From Hypanus sabinus (Eukaryota), in NCBI RefSeq assembly GCF_030144855.1, contig NC_082714.1, positions 42,966,001 to 43,030,000 on the forward strand: 64,000 bases of DNA. Reading direction: 5' to 3'. The position numbers were made by a program, and so were the translations under genes. Below the pieces are notes generated by a model. That model ran no database searches and was not told where the DNA came from. It was given only the letters and a program-made list of their open reading frames with translations. Shown here piece after piece: positions 29,521 to 42,183 of this stretch (the stretch's first letter is position 1; each line of letters begins with the position of its first letter).

Positions 29521-30604
29521 GTGTCAGCAAATAAAATATTTCAAGCCATATAGAAAGTACACTTGATTAGAAAGATGCAGTTATTACTTTGGACGCAGGG
29601 ACCTACATTTTACAGCAGGCTTGAGATTTTGCCTGCATTTTGTTTACCACTGCCACATGGTAACTAGTATTTGGCATAAGCAGATGAATAAATGGCTAAG
29701 AAACATTGTGACACTGACATTCATCCTGGCACAGGCAGAAAGTGGACTACAAAAACAGGGTTCACACAAATTAGACTCAATTTGATGCAATTTGCACCAG
29801 GGCCACAGCAAGACGGATACTGTATGAAAAGATGCAACTTCTACAGACTAAAAATCCTTATCAGAAGTCAGCGCTTTTTATGTTTAGGACCAGTGCAGTG
29901 AACAACCAGAAAGTGACACACCAGAAATAAAACCACAAAATACTCCTGTCAGGCTGCATACACGGCAAGAGCAAAAAAGGTTAACATTTCAGAGAAAAGT
30001 TCCTTCATCAGACAGACTGCAGAAGGCAACCACTAAGGAACTGAAAAGGGCAGAAAAGACCATTTAAAAATGGACTTTTAAAATGCATTCACATTAAAAT
30101 ATTGGCAGGGACTGAATCAAAAAAAAAGCTAGAATGGTGGCCTTTCTACACAAAGAACGGGCATTAAACCAAGATATGCAAAGTTTTGTTCAGACTACAA
30201 TGAAAATGATGAGTAATATGCCTGTAATATAGCGTACAAAAGATACATTGGCTTTGGACAGAGGGCTGCATAAAAATAATATGCAGGTAATGCTGCTTAA
30301 CATTACATTATGAGACATGTCAGGTCGATTATTATCTTTCCATAATAGAGTATCATTCCTTTGCTCTGTTTTAAAGGGAGAAAGTATATGCAACTCTCTT
30401 AATGGTAGAACAGCCACTTGGATCCATACATACCCCTTGATTTACCCCTATACATACATTCAATGCAGCCAAAATACTAAACAATTGTCTGAATTAATTA
30501 TTTATGTTGTGCCAGGTATTTGCTATATCACTGCCTTCACAGAACCACAAATATAACTGAAATCTTACGTTAAATGAAGAATGCTTATCAGTACGTGAAC
30601 TTGC

Positions 30605-30778
30605 CTTGCAATGTACAGTATGTAGTTTTCCAATTTTGTTACCCCAATAACCATATTGTACAGGAATGATTGACAGTTTTGCCAGAATGATAGCCCCTCG
30701 AATGGCAGTGGCTACTTCTTTTGAACATTTCACATCCAATCCAATATGGCCATTATAGTCTCCAATAGCAACAAAAAC
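30605..30778 (-). pseudogene. RPS2: RPS2 exon 5
   Basis: [58 protein letters not shown]; GCAAGT donor. Confidence 0.95.
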
Positions 30779-30803
30779 CTGAAAATTTCAAAAAGGAAAT
30801 TTA

Positions 30804-30983
<180 letters not shown>

Positions 30984-31078
30984 CTATACAAAAAAAAGCT
31001 TTAAACTCAGAACAATGTTTCACATGAGGAATTATAAAATCATGTCAAAGTAAGAATATTAAATCATCAGGACTTTAC

Positions 31079-31166
31079 TTTAATAGGAAGGGAGCAAAGG
31101 TAAATTTCTTCCAGAGTCTTGATATTCATATCTTTTACCAAGCGTCCAAGTTGTTACTGGTACCCA
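31079..31166 (-). pseudogene. RPS2: RPS2 exon 3
   Basis: WVPVT/LGRLVKDMNIKTLEEIYLCSLPIK with a 2-nt deletion; AG/GT borders. Confidence 0.92.
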
Positions 31167-31271
31167 CTGCGGAGATTTAAGGAACACATTTCAAAACTAA
31201 TGCCACAAGAGTTTGTGCATATACACACAAAAAAAAAGCCAAGAACTATTTCATTTACTCAATTGTGAATC

Positions 31272-31379
31272 TTATTTATCTTCAGTTTTACCACCACGTG
31301 CACCCCGGCCCCGACCACGGTCGCCAAAACCAAACCCACCACGAAATCCTCCTCTACCAGCGGCATCGTCTGCCTTTTG
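31272..31379 (-). pseudogene. RPS2: RPS2 exon 2 (RGG-rich N-terminus)
   Basis: ADDAAGRGGFRGGFGFGDRGRGRGARGGKTEDK*; ATG changed to AAG, GAA to TAA, donor GT to GA. Confidence 0.92.
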
Positions 31380-34300
31380 CTGTAAAGCAAAAAATAAATC
31401 ACAGGATGTAGTAGCAACACATTCAGATTTCAAAAGCAGAGTAAAATCTACATTCTAGACAGGTCTACATCAATAATTGCCCACAGTAATAAAACGATGA
31501 ATATGCATCATTACATAAATAAAATTGTTCTAGTATAGCAGTCCCTGATCTTAAAATCACATCCTGGTTCCGCACTATGAAAATCATCATCCATTTTTAC
31601 AAAACTCTGAGTACTATTCCTTTTATTTTACGCTTCTCACCAAAGAAACAGATTCAAAACTCCCTGACTCTAAGGGAGTGTCTCTATGGTTGATGTGTAC
31701 AGTAAAAAAAAATACAAGGGGCTAGAATTTTCAGTCACCAATGGATGAAATACTGGCCTACGACCTGAAAGATTTTAATGAAATCGCTATAAGTTATTTG
31801 CCTGTGTCACTATTCTATCATAGACAACAGCAGTAAATTCACTTACTGAAAATTCCCACTTATTACAATATTACAATCAAGCTGGTTGTTCCATCAATTA
31901 TCATCGATCATGACACCAATACCAATTCCACCTGCAATCACTATGTACTCATATGCGCTGTTGTATTTTTAAACAAAATGCTAACAACTGCAAAAACATA
32001 AAGCTTCATCTCATATTCCTGAATATGTTAATAAAGGCGTGGATGTGAAGTTGTTTCAAGTGAAAGCAAAGATTATACAGCTGAATTTCCTTTGATGTAT
32101 CTTTCTACTGAAGCCCAGCCACACGTGAATAGCTCAGACTCTCTTCATAAATCTTAAGTGAAATATAATTCCCTTTAAGGTTAAGGCTGGGAACTGCTTT
32201 TCACGCAAGAAAACAGATATAATCCACTACTGTACAGAAATAAAGGCAGTTGCTAGTTCAGTCCGGCTCTTGGCCTAATTGGGGTATGGAAGCCTCAGTA
32301 GTCGGCCAGTATTAAACTCCTTGCCTTCGATTAGATTCGCATCGGGCACAAAAAAGGCCAGCAAAATAAGCTTTAATAATTAGAGAAGGGTGCTTCCCAG
32401 CCATGGATGGGAGGCCTGGAGGGCAGATGGCCCAATTACCAAGGATCCCCAACAAACTACTTGCATGATAACTTTCCACAGAAGGCCGAACTCTGGTGCA
32501 CACTCTATTAAAGCTTCTTCTATTTCCGGCAGTTTAGATGCACTTGGGCGTATTACTGCCCTCCGCAGGATGTATAGTTAATTATAGAATTTCAAGAAAC
32601 TCAAATTCTCGAATATAAACTAATCGCACATAGAAACTGAATAATAAACTCTTCAATCAGATGGTGGTTCTTTTGGTCGCCAAAGATTTAATAGAAAAAC
32701 AAAATACATTTAAGTCAGACAGCCTCTTGAACAATATGCTTCTTTCAATTTTATATCGATTACAACTCAGTAAAACTTGCTGAACTGTCTCTGGTCTACC
32801 AATCACATAATCCAGTAGGATGTTTTCCTATTATTTTTAAATAATAGTTTAGCCCACAATGCCCCAACCCAAGTCTTGTTAATTTCACCATACCTCTATA
32901 ATTTAGAGACCTTTTTAACTAGTGGGTGACCAGAAAAGAAATGCCTTCCCTTTAATTCATTTTTCCAAATCTCCTGCCACTTCTTCTCTATACCTTTTTT
33001 TTAAAATCCTACTTCTCAATTCTGCTCTGCCTAGGGGTATTCTAATTCCTACTTGCCCACTCTGTAAGGAAGACTTAGCAATGCCATCCACAATTTCATT
33101 TCCCTCCACCCCAGCATGCCCAGGTATCCATGTAAATCTGACTTCACAACCCATCTTCCCTACTCTAAACAAAACTAAGAGAATCTCAATAACTATGTCA
33201 GGACAAGCTTTTGATTTATTCCCTTTTAGCCTCTAAGGCAGCAGCAGAATCCAAACAGATGATAACCCTGCATGGTCGAGAGTCTTCTATCCACTATAAG
33301 GACTGGAGGATTGCTAATAATGCTGTTGCAAAGCCAGAAACACCATCTGAAACCCAGTGACCAATCTCAACTTGTTGAGACACGTACATCCCAAATCCTG
33401 CCTTACTGTTCTCTGGGTCCACTGAGTCATCGGTAAAAATCTTCAGATAAGATCCCCATTTATTATTTAAATATTCATTTATGGTCGATGCTGTTGAAAT
33501 TACTCTGCTTCCATGAAGTTGAAAAAGGATGAATAGGTCTACTTCTGGTTCTGGCAAAAGCCAAAAAGGAATGGGTGGCAAGCAAATTTGGTCAGCTATG
33601 TCTTCCTCAATCAGTTTCAATTTCACAGCCCAGATATTAACCAACTCTAAAAAAGGATATCTTTTAACTTTACTTTGACGCTCCGACATCTCCTGCAAAA
33701 GACACTTTAATGGACGGCTGTGATTGAAGCCATTTTGCCCAATACGCAGGCCTAACTTAACCTGTCTTAAATATGGAGGCACTTCTCCCATTTCCACACA
33801 TAATACAGGGACTGATGTTGCTCTAACTGCTCCACAACTGAGTCTAAGTGCTTTAGACTGCACAGTGTCTAATTTTTCAAGCACTGCTGTAGCAGCAGAA
33901 CCATAAGCAATAAATGATCTAATTATAGCTACATATATTAAGTACATAGTTTCCCGCCCTGCTCCCCAGTCAGATCCAGCAATACTTCTCATAACATTTA
34001 AAACTTTCTCACACTTTCCAGTTGTTTTATCTATTATGAACCCTCCAAGTAAATCTTTATCAAACCAGACACCTAAAAACATGAATACCTTGACTTTTTC
34101 TAATGGAGAATCATATAGACACAATTCACAAGCAGGAATCTTTCTTCTAAAGTCAAAACTCATATATTTGGATATAGAAGCAGAAATCCTGAAACCCCAT
34201 TTATTTGCCCAGTTTTCAACTGACCTTAAAGCCTTTTGTACCTGCTTTAATATATATTTGACATTTCCTCTTTTCCAGATTGCACCATTGTCTGCAAACA

Positions 34301-35863
34301 ACTACTTGCCAAATCCTGTCCCAACGGGCCAATGAAAAATTATCCCTAGCAGCCCTCTCCTCAACTTCTACAATCAAATTTCTACTAAATCTACATATTA
34401 TAGGAAAGTGATCACTTCCTCGTGTGTATCTGTCCATAACATCCCATTCTCCATCCCTGGTTAAATTTGAGGAAGTGATTGATAAGTCTAAATGACTACA
34501 AGTATTCTTTACAATATTAAATCTTGTAGACCTTCTGTCATTTAGAAGTACTATGTTATATTTATCTAGAAACTCCTCTAATACCACTCCATTACTATCT
34601 TTACTTTCACTACCCCATATAGGATTATGGGCATTGAAATCTCCAACCCAAATTACTGGAGATCTTACCTTATTCATAATTTCATCAAAATCTGATATCA
34701 TATTACATGGATTATAAAAGTTAATTAAAGTTGTTTGACCATGAGAGCTCCAAACCTCCACACCCACAATTTCAAGGTTAGATTTAAAATCAAGTCTTCT
34801 AAACTGAAGTCCTGTTTTTACGAAAGTTGCACATCCTCCACCAGATTTACCCGTTCTGTCAGCTCTCTAGCTATCATACCCAGGCACGAGGAAATCTGCA
34901 AATGCTGGAAATTCAAGCAACACACACAAAATACTGGTGGAACGCAGCAGACCAGGCAGCATCTATAGGCTGCCTACAGGAAGAAGTACAGTCAACGTTT
35001 TGGGCCAAGACCCTTCGTCAACCTGAAACGTCGACTGTACTTCTTCCTATAGATGCTGCCTGGCCTGCTGCATTCCACCAGCATTTTGTGTGTGTTGCTA
35101 TCATATCCAGGGATCACAAAATCTAAATGAGGCTTTAACCATGTCTCCTGTATACAGATCAAATCAGGCTTATCTTTAAAAATTCCAACAAATCTTTTTA
35201 ATTCTTGACCATTTCCAATTAAACTTGTTGCATTCCATTGTAATATTAAAAACATACAAATATTAATTATTGGCATCTTTATCCACATAAAGCTCCTCCA
35301 TTCTCTCTGACCCTAACAACTGGGAAGCCGTTCCAGTGATTATTTGTCTGTCATATACTCATGTAATTTTTCCTGTAAAACCCGTTTCATAGTAAGGAAT
35401 CTCTCTGCAGCTCCAACAACAACTTTTATCATATCCAACTTCTTGATTGTAGTTTTAGCTTCGACCAGTACATCAACAACAAAATGCCAAAAAAGACTTT
35501 AGTCTTCAACAACATATCTGATGGAACTATAGTTGGAAAACACAGAATGTGCTGACTCCCCATCGTTCCAATCTTTTCCTTACTTCTCTTTTGTTCTCTA
35601 TCAACTTCCTTTACTGCCTCAGCATGATATTTTTTGTTGGTTACTAACAACCTGAATCTGCTTTGCCTTGATAAAATACTCACATCCTTTGAATGCCACT
35701 ATATGGTCCACTCCACAGTTACTGCATTTAGGTGCCACTGCCTTACACACTTTAATATCATGATCCTCTCCACATTTCACACATCTTCTTTTACCTCAAC
35801 ACGAACCAGCAACTTGTCCAAATCTCTGGTAATTATAACAGCGCAAGAGAGGTCGAATATATT

Positions 35864-38800
35864 ATAACCATATAACAATTACAGTAGGGGAACAGGCCAT
35901 CTCGGCCCTTCTAGTCCATGCCGAACACTTACTCTCACCTAGTCCCACTGACCCGCACTCAGCCCATAACCCTCCATTCCTTTCCTGTCCATATACCTGT
36001 CCAATTTTACTTTAAATGACAATACCGCACCTGCCTCTACCACTTCTACTGGAAGCTCATTCCACACAGTTACCTCTCTAAAGAAATTCCCCATTGTGTT
36101 ACCCCTAAACTTTTGCCCCCTAACTCTCAACTCATGTCCTCTTGTTTGAATCTCCCTTACTCTCAATGGAAAAAGACTATCCACGTCAACTCTATCTATC
36201 CCCCTCATAATTTTAAATACCTCTATCAAGTCCCCCCTCAACTTTCTATGCTCCAAAGAATAAAGACCCAACTTGTTCAACTTTTCCCTGTAACTTAGGT
36301 GCTGAAACCCAGGTAACATTCTAGTAAATCTTCTCTGTACTCTATTTTGTTGACATCTTTCCTATAATTTGGTGACCAGAACTGCACACAATACTCCAAA
36401 TTCGGCGTTACCAATGCCTTGTACAATTTTAACATTACATCCCAACTCCTATACTCAATGCTCTGATTTATAAAGGCCAACATACCAAAAGCTTTCTTCA
36501 CTACCCTATCCACATGAGATTCCACCTTCAGGGAGCTATGTACCATTATTCCTAGATCACTCCATTCTACTGCATTCTTCAATGCCCTACCATTTACCAT
36601 GTATGTCCTATTTGGATTATTCCTACCAAAATGTAGCACCTCACACTTATTAGCATTAAACTCCATCTGCCATCTTTCAGCCCACTCTCCTAAATGGCCT
36701 AAATCTCTCTGCGCTTTGAAAACCTACTTCATTATCCACAACGCCACCCACCTTAGTATCATCTGCATATTTACTAATCCAATTTACCACCCCATCATCC
36801 AGATCATTAATGTATATGACAAACAACACTGAACTCAGTACAGATCCCTGAGGCACACCACTAGACATCGGCCTCCAACCTGACAAACAGTTATCCACCA
36901 CTACTCTCTGGCATCTCCCATCCAGCCACTGTTGAATCCATTTTACTACTTCAATCTTAATACCTAATGATTGAACCTTCCTAACTAACCTTCGTGTGGA
37001 AACTTGTCAAAGGCCTTACTGAAGTCCATATAGACAACATTCACTGCTTTACCCTCGTCAACTTTCCTCGTAACCCGCTTCAAAAAATTCAATAAGATTT
37101 GTCAAGCATGACCTTCTGCGCACAAATCCATGTTGACTGTACCTAATCAGACCCTGTCTATTCAGATAATTATATATACCATCTCGAAGAATACTTTCTA
37201 TTAATTTACCCATCACTGACTTCAAACTGACAGGCCTATAATTGCTAGGTTTACTCTTAGAACCCTTTTTAAACAATGGAACCACATGAGCAATATGCCA
37301 ATCCTCCGGCACCATCCCCGTTTCTAATGACATTTGAAATATTTCTGTCAAGAGCCCCTGCTATTTCTACACTAATTTCTCTCAAGGTCTAGGGAAATCC
37401 TGTCAGGATGCAGAGATTTATCCACTCTTATGTACCTTAAAAGCTCCAGTACTTCCTCCTCTTTAATTGTCATAGTTTCCATAACTTCCTTACCTTACAC
37501 AATTCAATATCCTTCTCCTTAGTGAATACTGAAGAAAAGAAATTGTTCAAAATCTCCCCCATCTCTTTCAGCTCCACACATAGCTGTCCACTCTGATTCT
37601 CTAAGGGACCAATTTTATCCCTCACTATCCTTTTGCTATTAATATAACTGTAGAAACCCTTCGGATTTATTTTCACCTTACTTGCCAAAGCAACCTCGTA
37701 TCTTCTTTTAGCTTTTCTAATTTCTTTAAGATTCTTCTTACATTCTTTATATTCCTTGAGCACCTCATTTACTCCATGCTGCCTTTACTTATCGTAGATA
37801 TCTCTCTTTTTCCTAACCAAGTTTCCAACATCCCTTGAAAACCATGGCTCTCTCAAACTTTTAACCTCCCCTTTCAACCTAACAGGAACATAAAGATTCT
37901 GTACCCTCAAAATTTCACCTTTAAATGACCTCCATTTCTTTGTTACATCCTTCCCATAAAACAAACTGTCCCAATCCACTCCTTCTATAACCTTTCGCAT
38001 CTCCTCAAAGTTAGCCTTTCTCCAATCAAAAATGTCAACCCTGGGTCCAATCCTATCCTTCTCCATAATAATATTGAAATTAATGGCATTGTGATCCCTG
38101 GACCTTAAGTGCTTCCCAACACATACCTCTGTCACCTGACCTATTTCATTCCCCAACAGAAGATCCAACACTGCCACTCCTCTAGTTGGTACCTCTATGT
38201 ATTGCTGCAAAAAACTATCCTGCACACATTTTACAAACTCCAACCCATCCATCCCTTTCACAGTATGGGCTTCCCAGTCTATGTGTGGAAAGTTAAAATC
38301 CCCCAAAATCACAACACTGAGCTTATTACAAATACTTGCTAGCTCCTTGTAAATTTGCTCCTCCAATTCTCGCTCCCAATTAGGTGGTCTATAATACACC
38401 CCTATAAGTGTTACTACACCTTTCCATTCCTCAATTCCACTCAAATAGCCTCCCTAGATGAGCCCTCTAATCTATCCTGCCACAGCACTGCTGTAATATT
38501 TTCTCTGACAAGCAACGCAACACCTCCTCTTGTCCCTCCGATTCTGTCACACCTGAAGCAAAGAAATCCAGGAATATTTAATTGCCAATCACACCCCTCC
38601 TGCATCCATGTTCCACTAATAGCTACATCATCATATTTCCAGGTATCAATCCATGCTCTAAGCTCGTCCACCTTTCTTTCAATGCTCCTAGCATTAAAAT
38701 AAATGCATTCAAGAAATTCTCCACCTCTTCCTCTGTTTATCTCTAACAGTACAAAGAACTTTACTGTCTTCTTTTACTTCCTTCTCCCATACATCTGTTC

Positions 38801-39254
38801 CTACAGTCTGGTTTCCCTCTCCTATCTAGTTTAAATCCACTGGAGCCTCTTTAGCAAACCTATCCGCAAGAATATTTGTCCCCCTCCAGTTCAGATGTAA
38901 ACCGTCCCGCTGGAACAGGTATCACCTTCCCTGGAAAACTGCCCAATTATCTATAAATCTGAAGCCCTCCCTCCTGCACCATGTCTTCAGCCATGTGTTG
39001 ATCTGCACTATTTTAGTTTTTCTAAACCCACCTGCACGTGGCACTGGTAGCAATCCAGAGATTGCTATCCTGGAGGTCCTGTCCTTTAACTTGGCACCTA
39101 GCTCCCTAAACTCACCTTTCAGGACCTCCTCATTCTTCCTACCCACGTCATTGGTCCCTACATGGACTACAACATCAGGCTGCTCACCCTCCTTCTTGAG
39201 AATACTGAGAACTCGATCCGAGATATCACGGACCCTGGCACCAGGGAGGCAACA
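35864..39254 (-). mobile_element. CR1 LINE (ORF1 esterase part plus ORF2) inserted in the Nimb ORF1
   Basis: SGNH-like ORF1 38922-39146; APE GVYYRPP, GDFNFP; RT SGVPQGSVL, KYADDTK; LEYCVQFWSP; TATGGT tail. Confidence 0.92.
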
Positions 39255-39276
39255 GACTCTTCCACAGAACCTAACT

Positions 39277-39990
39277 CAGGAGTCACCAACCTTTTTTGCA
39301 CTGCGGACCAGTTTAATATTGACAATATTCTTGCAGACCGGCCGACAGAAGGTGGGGAGGGGGTGTTAAACACGGCTGGAATACAGCGATACTCAAACGG
39401 GGTTCCTTATGTCCAATCTATTCCATAATTTAGTTTTTGTGGCTCTCAGCACTTAGCTTCTGTCTCGCTTGCTCATGTTTTTTCCACTCCAAAAACTCAA
39501 TGGGTTTGGGTGCTTGGACTCAAAGTACTGAAGCAGCTTTGAGGGCCTCATTACCTCATTAGCCAGCCTCCAGGCCCAAACTCCAGCTTCCTGCCTGCCA
39601 GATGCCTTGGCCAGTCACGGCTGATCATGGGTGGGTGGAGAGGACAAGGTAAGGGCTGAAGGTCCCTGTGCCGGGGTCACGGCGGTCGCAGTCCGGAGAA
39701 AGCAACCGATCGAGTGAGGAGTGAGGCGTGTAGGTAGGTAGGATCTATCGGCCAACAAAAGTTTGTCTCTAGGGATGACTTTCAGTAGATCGCAGCAAGG
39801 TAGCTGCTCTGCTACTTACGAAACCCTGAGCCCGAATGAGGTCGTCTGCAAATATTTTAGCACCGGGTTCCCCAAGAATATTCGGTGTGCTAAACAGGTT
39901 TGGAGGCGGTGCCCATCTATCTGAGCTCCAGGCCGGTACTTCCCGCCGGCTGCGCAAAGCCAACCAGTGACCCCTGGTTGGGATCACCAA
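39277..39990. mobile_element. Non-autonomous hAT-like element containing an rRNA fragment
   Basis: Left end CAGGAGTCACCAACCTTTT; degenerate right end GGTTGGGATCACC; interrupts the Nimb ORF1. Confidence 0.6.
39755..39915 (-). rRNA. 28S rRNA 3'-terminal fragment (pseudogenic, TE-embedded)
   Basis: Reverse complement GGGAACCCGGTGCTAAA...GACGACCT...AGGGTTTCGTAAGTAGCAGAGCAGCTACCTTGCTGCGATCTACTGAAAGTCATCCCT...ACAAACTTTTGT matches the conserved large-subunit 3' end. Confidence 0.88.
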
Positions 39991-40654
39991 TCACCCTCCT
40001 TCTCTCGATCTTAATCGCTTAGCTTCAATCACTCAACCGCTTTTAACATTGTCCAAAATTTCCTTTTCAGTCATGCCAGACCAAATACCATACACTACCC
40101 CCCAACTCCCTTCCTATCTTTCAGAGTAATACACTTCACTGTCACAACCAATTTTTCCCACTGTTTTAGCATCGCTATATTGGTCAACATCTTTGCAACA
40201 AATCTTCAGCAATCCATTATACAAAATCTTGGCCTAGAGTACTCTACCCATTTGGTTCTCTAATGCTGCTACGGCTTTTGAAGGATTAAGGGCTCTAAAT
40301 CCTCCTTCCCCTTCCTTCAGACCTTCAATTTTATACAGAACTATGAATTTCTCCAAGTCACCCATTTTCCTCAATTTGTTGTCCCCTATTACATCGGATC
40401 TTTCACTTGATGCACCTCTACCCTTACTTGTGAAGTATTCCAGTCTCCCTACACTCCCCCCCCCCCCCCCCCCAGAGGCTACTAACCCTTTCAAACTACT
40501 AGGCTGAATAAAGGGAAAGAAAATAAATTAATAAAAGACGTAAAACTAAACAAACTGGCCAACCAAAAGTTAAGGGAAACCACCACTGACCTAACTTCAA
40601 AACAATACTTCCACCCAGCCGGCCCAACCCGCCCGGCTCGCATCCTAGTAACGT

Positions 40655-40852
40655 CTCCGAGGTCTCGCGAGATTACCGGGGCCAGATGGGACGGGATCGG
40701 ACCGAGCATGGAGCAATTCAACGGCCTTAAACAAGCTGGTATATATGTGGTATTCAGTGTCGGGGGCGGGGGACGGGACGACGTAGTGGCGGTTTAAATC
40801 GGTAGCTCGGCGGCGCTGCGGCCCTTTGTGTTCCAGAGTGAGGAAGGTGAGT
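40655..40852 (+). promoter_or_regulatory. Promoter copy B of the SNHG9-like host
   Basis: TCTCGCGAGA 40663-40672, GC box, TTTAAAT, CCCTTT start about 40822, donor AAG|GTGAGT at 40847. Confidence 0.78.
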
Positions 40853-41672
40853 TGATTATGCAAGCCTGGCAATTCACGGTATGAAACTACAAGTTGCAGT
40901 CGTTATTCAGCACAGCATTCTATTATCAAAAATGCTTATTTGCAGTATCAGGTGCTGCGCATACAGACATATTTAACACGTTAAACGACACAATGGTATA
41001 GAATGATGTTCACCAGCGGTTCAAAATTTGATGATGAGCAGAATTTTTTTACAATTTTTTTAAGGTTGCAATGTAAGTGTTTGCACCTGTTGAGTAATTA
41101 AATAATCTATTCTGTTTGTTATCAATCACCTATGACGTGAAAGGTTCATTTTATGGCAATAGCGTAGTTTAAAGGTACAGAGTATTGTTATCAATAGTGC
41201 AACACAAAACCAAGTAGTGACCATGAATTTTGGAAATCTGATAGTGTGGTGATGGGAATGACTGTTTATAATTGTTGAGTCTGGGCCTGAACCAATGGTA
41301 GAGAGAAGAGGGCACATCCCTGATGGTGAGGGTCCTTAATGATTCTTAGCACCGCCTTGAGCAGCAATCTGTTGGAAGAATGATAAAGGATCTTGACCTG
41401 AAAGGTTGTTGATTTTTTTCCTGCCAGCCATTCTGCATGAACCGCTGAGTTCTTCCAGCAAATTGCTGCTCCAGGATTCAGGATTTTGATTTAATAGGAA
41501 GTACGATAAATGCATTTCTATCATCTGGTACCTCCCACCTGGTGTTGATAGGTTTTCACGAGCTAGTGGATACTTCAAATTTTGGATTGATATCAGCAGT
41601 AACTGAAAGGACAACAAGCAGTGTTTCATGCTGCTGTAATTGTTTATATTCAGGTGGCTTGCCAGTTTGAGT

Positions 41673-41807
41673 GTGGCATACTCTGAAAGTTAACAACAGC
41701 ATTATCTATTGTTGTTGGTAAGATAAGTGTGCCAAAATTAACTGGTATGCTAAGCTTATTGCCCACTGTTCTTATTTGTGGCTGATAAAACCCGCATACC
41801 AATAAAT
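41673..41807 (+). ncRNA. SNORA78: H/ACA snoRNA, SNORA78-like, copy B
   Basis: Identical by eye to 7503-7637. Confidence 0.7.
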
Positions 41808-41991
41808 GGACATCAAGGAATGGATGTTGAAAAAACAAAATGTTAAAACCCAGGTGATGTCTTGATAATTGCTTTAATATATTGGATTAACAACTTCTAT
41901 TAGAACTGACAAAAAATGTTTTGCATAATTGACAGCACAGAAACAGTCCTTTTGATCTATTGCTGATCAAATATCCTTCACTCCATCTGAA

Positions 41992-42113
41992 TTGCTGAAC
42001 ACTGTCCTGGTTGTGGGCCTAATTTTCTCTTGGACATCCAGCCCTGTTCATGCCCCACAGTACTGTTCTTTTGGGTACAGCTGCTTGGTTCCTGGCTTTG
42101 ACAGCTGACAACT
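41992..42113 (+). ncRNA. Candidate second H/ACA snoRNA, copy B
   Basis: One difference from 7827-7948 (GGCTTT versus GGCGTT); H and ACA boxes intact. Confidence 0.5.
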
Positions 42114-42183
42114 GGCTGTAAGTCATACAATCTTAGTACCACCTTCTGAACTGGAGTGTGGGTCAGAATATCTAAACCCTATA

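Larger units (their letters stand above)
32514..40650 (-). mobile_element. Essentially full-length but decayed Nimb/I-clade LINE with nested CR1, hAT and Penelope-type inserts
   Basis: ORF1 pieces 40494-39990 and 35862-35430 (zinc knuckle); ORF2 LQWNA...IQETWL (35288-35100), GDFNAH...SDHFP, FADN, RNase H FTWIPGHAGVEGNE; GAAGAAG tail at 32514-32520. Confidence 0.88.

Noticed and set aside
32045-32150. Possible H/ACA RNA in RPS2 intron 1
   Set aside because: Terminal ACA present, but no convincing H box or paired hairpins
39755-39915. rDNA unit
   Set aside because: Only about 160 bp, embedded in nested TEs, no other rRNA sequence
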